A DNA stretch of 63,872 nucleotides, filler included, from Folioceros fuciformis (lineage: Eukaryota): the NCBI GenBank assembly GCA_049999805.1. It is 32 parts of 32 records of this genome, joined end to end, with 100 filler letters (N's around TTAATTAATTAA, not from the genome) between each part and the next. Parts side by side here need not be neighbours in the genome. Positions count along the whole stretch, not along the records: positions 62,830 to 63,872 come from JBNGIO010003858.1; 31 more parts are not named here. The stretch is one strand, 5' to 3'. The notes beneath the pieces were generated by a model, which made no database searches, was not told the origin of the DNA, and saw nothing but the letters and a program-made list of their open reading frames with translations. The position numbers were made by a program, and so were the translations under genes. Below, piece after piece: positions 62,830 to 63,872 of the stretch (positions within the stretch are counted from its first letter, which is position 1; each line of letters opens with the position of its first letter).

Positions 62830-63872
62830 CATTAGGCTTGGCCAGCAGAGGTATGTGGAGGAATTGTTGGAGCAGTATGGAATGGTTGATTGCAAGCCTA
62901 TTGGAACTCCTTTGAATTTAGATGTGAAGTTGTGCAAGGAGCATTGCTCCTCACGAGATGGGGAGAAGTATGAGATGAGCAACATTCCTTACAGGGCAGC
63001 AGTTGGAAGTTTGATGTGTGCCATGATAGGAAAGTTGGAAGTTTGATNNNNNNNNNNGAAAGTTGGAAGTTTGATGTGTGCCATGATAGGAAAGTTGGAA
63101 GTTTAATGTGTGCCATGATAGGAACGTGTTTTGACATTGCAAAAGCAGTGGGAGTAGTGAGCCAATTTATGCAGAATCCCAGAAAACAACATTGGATTGC
63201 AGTAAAGAGGATCATGCGATACTTGACAGGTACAAGCAACATGTGGTTGGAGTTATCAGGTGCAAACAAAGACCACAATCTTGTTGGGTATTGTGATTCA
63301 GATTGGGCAAGTCATTTAGATGATAGAAGATCAACAACCGAATACGCCTTTACCCTAGGAGAAGGTGCCATCACTTGGAACAGCAAGAAGCAACACACTG
63401 TGGCCATATCCATTGTGAAGGCTGAGTACATGGCATCTACTCAAGCCACCAAGGAGGCCGTGTGGTTGAGAAAGCTAATGGAGGACATTAGTTATAAGCA
63501 GCAACAGCCAACCACTCTTAGAAGTGATAGGCAAGGAAGTATTGCTTTGATCAAGAACTCGGTACACCATGCGAGGACAAAGCATATTGATATTCAACAT
63601 CACTTTGTGCGTGAGAAGGTGAAGCTATTGGAGGTTGCCTTTGCAAGCCTATTGGGACCCCTCAACATTTAGGTGTGAAGTTGTGTAAGGTTGACTACTC
63701 ATCAAATGATGGGGAGGAGCATGAGATGAGTAACATCCCATATAGGGCAGCAGTTGGAAGTTTGATGTATGCCATGGTAGGAACACGTCCAGACATTGCA
63801 AAGGCAGTGGGAGTAGTGAGCCAATTTATGCAAAGCCTTGGAAAGCAACATTGGATTGCGGTGAAAAGGATC
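62830..63872 (+). mobile_element. Ty1/copia RT-RNaseH fragment, degenerate and internally duplicated
   Basis: PYRAAVGSLM, AVGVVSQFMQNP..HWIAVKRIMRYL, GYCDSDWA..DRRSTT, WNSKKQ, HARTKHIDIQHHFVRE. Confidence 0.95.

Overview
This is not one contiguous locus. It is an artificial concatenation of 32 short scaffolds joined by 31 linkers of 100 bp (44 N + TTAATTAATTAA, stops in all six frames, + 44 N), typical of an 'unplaced' pseudo-molecule. Adjacency across linkers has no biological meaning. The first scaffold (1-11957) is compact, GC-rich plant DNA with short GT-AG introns; a non-seed land plant or streptophyte source is inferred, not proven. It carries a (GACTCCC)n array, an intronless protein made only of a plastid/Tat-like targeting peptide plus the polyphenol-oxidase C-terminal (KFDV) domain, a multi-exon coiled-coil protein with Sfi1/POC5-like Trp motifs, UBR7, and the 5' part of a class I formin. 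The other 1-2.5 kb scaffolds are of mixed origin. Plant gene fragments include an alpha/beta hydrolase, an intron-free LRR-VIII-1 RLK ectodomain, a HRGGE-repeat tail, and an eEF1B first exon inside a long inverted repeat. Decayed TEs include LINE RT, Athila integrase, Tat/Ogre protease, copia RT-RNaseH and a pogo-like fragment. There is bacterial DNA (ybaK, bestrophin, MsbA-like ABC), two scaffolds with a fungal RIP signature, and eight self-duplicated 'twin' contigs that are probably assembly or library artefacts. No rRNA, tRNA or CRISPR array was seen. The best biological leads are the catalytic-domain-less PPO C-terminal protein and the eEF1B fold-back.
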